DNA from: Nitrospirota bacterium
GTDB lineage: Bacteria; Nitrospirota; UBA9217
Assembly (NCBI GenBank): GCA_035623825.1
Contig: DASPSR010000007.1
Coordinates: forward strand, 32,001 to 96,000
DNA length: 64,000 nt
Reading direction: 5' to 3'
Position numbers and translations under genes: made by a program. The stretch's first letter is position 1; each line of letters begins with the position of its first letter. The notes under the pieces are model-generated. The model searched no databases. It worked only from the letters and a program-made list of their open reading frames with translations, and had not been told where the DNA came from. Below are positions 58,518 through 64,000 of this stretch, one piece after another.

Positions 58518-59021
58518 ATGCTCATCACCATCGGCAAAGCGGTAAGGCCTTTTGGAGTCAGGGGCGAGATGAAGATCGAGCCCATGACGGACTTCCTGGA
58601 GAGATTTAAGGGACTCCGCCGCGTATACTTGGTCTCGCCCGCGGGAAAAGAGATCGCATGCGAGGTGCGGTCGGTACGATATGCCGGGGACATCCCGTTG
58701 ATTCTTTTTACTGGATATGATTCTCCAGAGAAGGCTAAGACGCTCAACGGGTGGCTCGTCAAAGTACCGGAAGAAGAGACGGTCCCGCTCCCGGAAGGCA
58801 CTTACTACTGGTTCGAGCTCATCGGCATGGAGGTTATTTCCGAAAGCGGTGACAAGCTTGGTAAAATCGTTGATATCTTCAGAACGGGCAGCAACGACGT
58901 CTATGTGATGAAGCAGGGCAGGAAAGAAACATACATGCCTGCCACGGCAGAGGTGGTAAAGAAGATCGACCGTAAGGAAAAGCGGATGGTTATCCATCTC
59001 CTGGACGGCCTGATGGACTGA
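58518..59021 (+). CDS. rimM: ribosome maturation factor RimM
   Basis: IGK...FGVRGE, YYWFELIG, TGSNDV. Confidence 0.95.
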   Translation: MLITIGKAVRPFGVRGEMKIEPMTDFLERFKGLRRVYLVSPAGKEIACEVRSVRYAGDIPLILFTGYDSPEKAKTLNGWLVKVPEEETVPLPEGTYYWFELIGMEVISESGDKLGKIVDIFRTGSNDVYVMKQGRKETYMPATAEVVKKIDRKEKRMVIHLLDGLMD

Positions 59022-59049
59022 ATCAAGGGGACTAGGCAAGGCAGCCGCT

Positions 59050-59805
59050 ATGCGAAGATTGAACTTTGAGGTGCTCACCCTGTTCCCGGGGATACTCGAG
59101 GGGCCGCTGAACGAGAGCATCCTCAAGCGTGGCAGGGAGAAGGGTCTACTGAACATAACGGTACGGAACATCCGGGATTACGCCGAGGATAAACACAAGA
59201 CCGCCGATGACAGCCCTTACGGCGGCGGTGCGGGCATGGTGCTCAAGCCAGAGCCTATTTTCGCAGCCTTTGAGGCTCTCAAGAGCGAGTATCGTGGAGA
59301 AGAATTCATAACGATCCTGCTCTCACCGCAGGGCAGGCTCTTTAATCAGAATCGGGCGGAAGAGCTCTCCAGAGAGAGGCGGAGGATCATTCTGCTCTGC
59401 GGCCACTATGAGTCAGTCGATGAACGCGTGATCGACGCCCTCATTGATGAGGAACTCTCGATCGGCGATTACGTGCTCACCGGCGGCGAGATCGCGGCGC
59501 TCGCGGTGATCGATGCGTCGGCGCGCCTCCTGCCGGGAGTACTCGGCGACGAAGAGTCAGCCTGCCGCGACTCCTTCGTCGAAGGGCTGCTTGATCATCC
59601 GCATTATACGAGGCCAGCTGAATTCCGCGGCATGAAGGTTCCGGACGTGCTTCTCTCTGGCAACCACGCCGAAATCAACAAGTGGCGACGGCGCGAGGCT
59701 CTCAAGGCTACGCTAATGAAGAGACCTGATCTTCTCGCGATGGCAGATCTGGCATATGAGGACCGCGAGATACTGAAAGAACTGAAGAGAGAGCTTGCTC
59801 TCTGA
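59050..59805 (+). CDS. trmD: tRNA (guanine37-N1)-methyltransferase
   Basis: DDSPYGGGAGMV, CGHYE, SIGDYVLTGGE, PHYTRP, LLSGNH. Confidence 0.97.
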   Translation: MRRLNFEVLTLFPGILEGPLNESILKRGREKGLLNITVRNIRDYAEDKHKTADDSPYGGGAGMVLKPEPIFAAFEALKSEYRGEEFITILLSPQGRLFNQNRAEELSRERRRIILLCGHYESVDERVIDALIDEELSIGDYVLTGGEIAALAVIDASARLLPGVLGDEESACRDSFVEGLLDHPHYTRPAEFRGMKVPDVLLSGNHAEINKWRRREALKATLMKRPDLLAMADLAYEDREILKELKRELAL

Positions 59806-59938
59806 TGGGTGAAGTACCAATGGCGGAGTACGGAATTACCAATTAAGCCCCAATGATCCGGATCGGAATTCGGCATCTGGGATCATGTGTAACTATAGCT
59901 GTTGAATTTGGAATTTACACAATGCTGGGAGGTCAGCC

Positions 59939-60337
59939 ATGGACATTATACAGTCGTTGGAAAAGGCGCAGTTGAAAGAAGGAATTCCGAGTTTCCGCGT
60001 GGGTGACACCATCCGCGTTCATGCGAAAGTCGTCGAAGGAGATAAGGAAAGAATCCAGGTCTACGAGGGTGTGGTGATAGGCCGCCAGGGTGCTGGCGCG
60101 CGCGAGGTCATCCGGGTCCGGAAGCTGTCCTACGGCGTAGGTGTCGAGCGGCTTTTTCCGCTCCATTCGCCCATGATCGACAAGATCGAGCTTGCGAAGC
60201 AGGGCAAAGTTAGGAGAGCAAAGCTCTACTTCCTCCGTGATCTGCGCGGCAAGGCCGCCAGGATCAAAGAGAAAGAACGCGCCCTGGCGACCGCAGCCGG
60301 TGCAACGCAGCCGGATGCGGCTTCTCAACAGAAGTAA
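59939..60337 (+). CDS. rplS: 50S ribosomal protein L19
   Basis: [31 protein letters not shown]. Confidence 0.97.
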   Translation: MDIIQSLEKAQLKEGIPSFRVGDTIRVHAKVVEGDKERIQVYEGVVIGRQGAGAREVIRVRKLSYGVGVERLFPLHSPMIDKIELAKQGKVRRAKLYFLRDLRGKAARIKEKERALATAAGATQPDAASQQK

Positions 60338-60463
60338 GGGCAAATACGAATTTCAAAACACCGGCAAAGTGCGAACATCACTGTAACAAACATTACAGTG
60401 GTTATGGCTGCTTATCTGAAGTTCGGGCTTTCTAAGTTGAAACCATCGTTCATTGAGGTTGTT

Positions 60464-61156
60464 ATGCCTCGAGGCCGGCCCCACGGGGGGAACTCGCATC
60501 AGGACCGGATTGATGATCTGTTCGGCAATGAACTGGTATGCGATCCTCTATTCTTCGAGGTCCGTGCACGCGCTTCCGGTTTTACCTGCATCGCCGGGCT
60601 GGACGAGGCTGGAAGGGGGCCGCTGGCCGGACCCGTAGTGGCAGCTGCCGTGGTTCTCCCCGTTGGGCTCCTTATACCTGGCCTCAAAGATTCCAAGCAG
60701 GTGCCGGAACAAGATCGGGAACGACTCTTTGATAAGATACGAGAGCAGGCAACCTGTTACAGCATCGGCATCGTTGACGAGCGGACCATTGATGACGTGA
60801 ACATCCTCCGTGCGACTATCATCGCTATGGAACGGGCGCTTGAAACCCTCGCCCTTCGACCCGATTATCTTCTTATTGACGCACTTATCCTTCCTCGCGT
60901 GCCGCTTCCGCAGAAACCGCTCATAAAAGGCGATTGCCGCAGCCACAGTATTGCGGCAGCTTCAATCCTCGCCAAGGTGACCCGTGACCGGCTAATGCTG
61001 GAACTTCACGAAAAATTCCCTCAGTACAACTTCCAGAAAAATAAAGGTTACGGGACCAGGGAGCACATGGAACTGCTCAGACGGCACGGCCCCTGCGATG
61101 CGCACCGCAAGAGCTTCAATCCCGTTGCGCAGATGCTGCGAGGTGAAGCCCGCTGA
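60464..61156 (+). CDS. rnhB: ribonuclease HII
   Basis: GLDEAGRGPLAGPV, DSK, IKGD..S.SIAAASILAKVTRD, KGYGT, HRKSF. Confidence 0.95.
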   Translation: MPRGRPHGGNSHQDRIDDLFGNELVCDPLFFEVRARASGFTCIAGLDEAGRGPLAGPVVAAAVVLPVGLLIPGLKDSKQVPEQDRERLFDKIREQATCYSIGIVDERTIDDVNILRATIIAMERALETLALRPDYLLIDALILPRVPLPQKPLIKGDCRSHSIAAASILAKVTRDRLMLELHEKFPQYNFQKNKGYGTREHMELLRRHGPCDAHRKSFNPVAQMLRGEAR

Positions 61157-61319
61157 GATAAATGAAAACGATCAACCACAAAGGGTCGAGGACCTTGCAG
61201 CGAATTTCCTGGGTGGCAAGAGACTAGGCCGCAACACGGCCGAAGCAGCGCAGAGGGAGAAGGAAATAATTCATTCTGAAGGTGCTGCCAGCGGAACGCT
61301 TCCTTACATTGAACGGTGA
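61143..61319 (+). pseudogene. probable degraded YraN (UPF0102) gene
   Basis: Position directly after rnhB; residual EDLAANFL...RN...EII...GTL..IE then stop. Confidence 0.5.
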
Positions 61320-61367
61320 CGCTCCAGATGTCAAGCTGGCCCCCGGCGAATATTAACTTTTTTCCCT

Positions 61368-61396
61368 TTGTCTGCGCCTATGTCAGGTGGTATAGT
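61368..61396 (+). promoter_or_regulatory. sigma70-type promoter for rimO
   Basis: TTGTCT-17nt-TATAGT with extended TG. Confidence 0.55.
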
Positions 61397-61457
61397 GATG
61401 CTGCCGCAGTGATCGCTCCTTGTTGAGTTGTCTGCGCGTTATAGCTATTTCAAATCA

Positions 61458-62795
61458 ATGGGTTGGAAATCATATAAAGTAGGAATGGTCAGCCTGGGCT
61501 GCCCCAAGAACCAGGTGGATGCTGAGCAGATGCTCGGGGTACTCGCCGGCTCGGGTTTTGAAATCACCTCTGAGCAGAGCGAGGCCGATGTGATCGTGGT
61601 GAACACCTGCGGGTTCATCGAGTCGGCCAAGGCAGAGTCCATCGAGGCCATACTTGATGCAGCGAAGATGAAAAAGCAGGGAAAGTGCGCGAAGCTCATT
61701 GTCGCCGGCTGCCTCGCCCAGCGGTACAAGGGTGAGCTCCTGAAGGAACTCCCTGAGGCGGACGCCGTCATCGGCACGGCCGAAATCGGCCGGATCACCG
61801 AGATCTGTGAGGCGGCGCTTACGGGAAAAGAACACATCCTGAAAACATCGGGGCCGGCGATGGTCTACGGACTGCCCCGCGTGAGCACAACGCCACGTCA
61901 TTATCGCTACCTCAAGATTGCCGAGGGGTGCAGCAACCGCTGCTCTTACTGCGCTATCCCCATCATCCGCGGGAACTTTACGAGCAGACCCTACGAGTCT
62001 ATTCTTGATGAGGCACGTGTTCTCGCGGATGAAGGTTCGAAGGAGCTCGTCCTCCTTGCGCAGGACTCCACGGGATATCGTGACGGGGAGGCCGATCTGC
62101 CGCTGCTCCTGAAAGGTCTGACCCAAGTTCCCGGGATCGAGTGGGTGCGGCTAATGTATGCGTATCCGGGTCGGATCAGCGCGGAGCTCATGACTGTCAT
62201 GGCAGACGAAGAGAAAATTTGTAAGTACCTCGATATCCCGGTCCAGCACTTCGACGACAGGGTGCTCCGGGCGATGAATCGCCGCGGGACGTCTGAGGAC
62301 ATCCGAAAGACGATCGAACAGCTCCGGAAGCGGGTGCCCGGCATTACGCTGCGCACCTCACTGATTGTCGGATTTCCGGGAGAGACCGGAACTGCCTTCA
62401 AGCGGCTGCTAGCATTCGTTAAAGAAGCGGAGTTCGAGCACCTTGGCGTGTTCACCTTTTCACCTGAAGAGGGGACAGTCGCCTATGATCTTGATGTCCA
62501 TTCGCACATTCCGTCGGAGGTCGCCGCAGAGCGGCTTGATAGAATTATGAAGGCCCAGGCAAAGATATCGCTGAAAAAGAACCGTGAGCTCATCGGCTCG
62601 CATCAGCGCGTAGTCATCGACGCTGTGGAAGATATGACGCTCGTCGGCAGGCTCTCAACCCAAGCTCCGGAGGTCGACGGCGCGATCTACCTCTCCGAGA
62701 CCACGGCAGAGCCCGGTGAGTTTGTTGAGGTAACCATCACCGATGCCAGGGAATACGATCTGGCAGGAAAGGCAATAAAGCCGGAACATGAATGA
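61458..62795 (+). CDS. rimO: ribosomal protein S12 methylthiotransferase
   Basis: SLGCPKNQVD, NTCGFI, YLKIAEGCSNRCSYCAIP, RLMYAYP, APEVDG (TRAM). Confidence 0.93.
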   Translation: MGWKSYKVGMVSLGCPKNQVDAEQMLGVLAGSGFEITSEQSEADVIVVNTCGFIESAKAESIEAILDAAKMKKQGKCAKLIVAGCLAQRYKGELLKELPEADAVIGTAEIGRITEICEAALTGKEHILKTSGPAMVYGLPRVSTTPRHYRYLKIAEGCSNRCSYCAIPIIRGNFTSRPYESILDEARVLADEGSKELVLLAQDSTGYRDGEADLPLLLKGLTQVPGIEWVRLMYAYPGRISAELMTVMADEEKICKYLDIPVQHFDDRVLRAMNRRGTSEDIRKTIEQLRKRVPGITLRTSLIVGFPGETGTAFKRLLAFVKEAEFEHLGVFTFSPEEGTVAYDLDVHSHIPSEVAAERLDRIMKAQAKISLKKNRELIGSHQRVVIDAVEDMTLVGRLSTQAPEVDGAIYLSETTAEPGEFVEVTITDAREYDLAGKAIKPEHE

Positions 62796-62900
62796 CCCGC
62801 ATAGTCGAATGTCCGTGAATAACAGAATTGCACGTAACTTTATTCCGTGACTGTTGAATAATTTTCTCAACACGTGTGACTATTTTGTGGAAGGGACTTT

Positions 62901-64000
62901 ATGGGTGATAACAATCAGTCAGCCAACAATAACAATGAAGAGAGCTTTGCGGATCTGTTCGAGAAGAGCTTCAAAAAGCGGGGTCGGCTTGAGCCAGGAC
63001 AGATGGCCGAGGCAATGATCGTGAAGATCACGCCGGACTGGATCTTCCTCGATCTCGGTGGCAAAGGCGAGGGCTATCTTGACAAGAAAGAGATGATCGA
63101 TGAGTCTGGCAATCTCACCGTAAAAGAGGGTGACACGATTCGAGCCTATTTTGTGTCCTCAGAAAACAACGAGATGCATTTCACGACCAGGATCGGTTCG
63201 GGTCCTGGAAAGCAAGCCAAGATCGAAGAGGCCTGGAGGAACCATATCCCCGTCGAAGGCACGATCTCGAAGGAAATAAAGGGCGGGTTCGAGGTCAAGA
63301 TCGGCGGCAGCGTGAGAGCTTTCTGCCCCTTTTCCCAGATGGGAATCCGGCGCGAGGAACATCAGGCTGATTACATCGGAAGATCCTTCTCATTTAAGAT
63401 CGTTGAGTACGGTGAGGACGGCAGGAACATTGTTCTTTCACGGAAAGCTGTCCTGGAGGATGCACGGAGGATTAAGAAACAGGAATTGCGCGATACTCTT
63501 AAGGAAGGCATGAAGGTGAAGGGAACCGTTACCTCTCTTCAAAAGTTCGGTGCCTTTGTGGACGTCGGCGGCATAGAAGGCCTGCTGCCGGTCTCTGAGA
63601 TCGCCTGGAGCAGGACGGAGAAGGTCGATGATATCCTCTCCGTAGGACAGGAAGTCGAAGTGATCATCAAGAAGCTCGACTGGGAGCAGGACCGATTCTC
63701 CTTCAGCCTAAAGGACGCCCTGCCAGACCCGTGGGACCGCGTTGCGGACACCTATCCTGTCGGATCCTTTCACACGGGGAAGGTTTCCCGTCTTGCGCCC
63801 TTTGGAGCGTTCGTCTCTGTGAAGGATGGCATCGACGGGTTGATCCATATTTCGAGACTGGGTTCGGGAAGAAGGATCAACCATCCTCGAGAGGTGCTGA
63901 AGGAGGGCCAGGAGGTTGAGGTGAAGGTTGAGGCTTTTGACCAGGCACAGAGAAAGCTCTCGCTCTCTCTGGCTGACATCAGCCGAGAAGAAGAAGAGGC
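62901..64000 (+). CDS. rpsA: 30S ribosomal protein S1 / S1-domain protein (runs off window edge)
   Basis: Manual translation: MGDNNQ...ESFADLFEKS...GKGEG...RAFCPFSQ...FGAFVDVGGIEGLL..SE...FGAFV...DGLIHIS. Confidence 0.8.
   Translation, partial: MGDNNQSANNNNEESFADLFEKSFKKRGRLEPGQMAEAMIVKITPDWIFLDLGGKGEGYLDKKEMIDESGNLTVKEGDTIRAYFVSSENNEMHFTTRIGSGPGKQAKIEEAWRNHIPVEGTISKEIKGGFEVKIGGSVRAFCPFSQMGIRREEHQADYIGRSFSFKIVEYGEDGRNIVLSRKAVLEDARRIKKQELRDTLKEGMKVKGTVTSLQKFGAFVDVGGIEGLLPVSEIAWSRTEKVDDILSVGQEVEVIIKKLDWEQDRFSFSLKDALPDPWDRVADTYPVGSFHTGKVSRLAPFGAFVSVKDGIDGLIHISRLGSGRRINHPREVLKEGQEVEVKVEAFDQAQRKLSLSLADISREEEE

Overview
Bacterial chromosome segment with moderate GC. Gene content and order suggest an anaerobic Nitrospirota- or Desulfobacterota-like organism (inference only). 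Housekeeping blocks flank the window: rho-rpmE-DUF1385-prfA on the left and ffh-rpsP-rimM-trmD-rplS-rnhB-(yraN relic)-rimO-S1 on the right. The main accessory feature is a ~24 kb island (3.8-27.8 kb). It carries a duplicated sulfur-trafficking kit: 2 YeeE/YedE, 2 TusA, 2 DsrE/DsrF-like/DsrH-like triads and an exported rhodanese. This kit is interleaved with a Rieske/cytochrome b6-type complex that has no c-type cytochrome gene, and with a possible biosynthetic set (GT2, SPASM radical SAM, B12 radical SAM, FAD oxidoreductase, ArnT/PMT-type GT). The island also holds 4 paralogous USPs, 2 PAS-sigma54 activators, a CxxCH-containing sensor kinase lacking its phospho-His, and a small membrane-anchored GGY-repeat protein. 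The middle of the window has a CFI-box-CTERM surface protein with a partner beta-barrel, a large NHL/FN3/transglutaminase-like/TPR protein, ampG-nagA, ahbD, mlaEFD, dusB and a GlrK/QseG/GlrR-like sigma54 system. Reading by eye also gave several small ORFs missing from the track, a probable ATC start codon, leaderless-gene candidates and two gene relics. No rRNA, tRNA, CRISPR array or transposase was recognised. All calls come from motif recognition by eye; no database searches were run.
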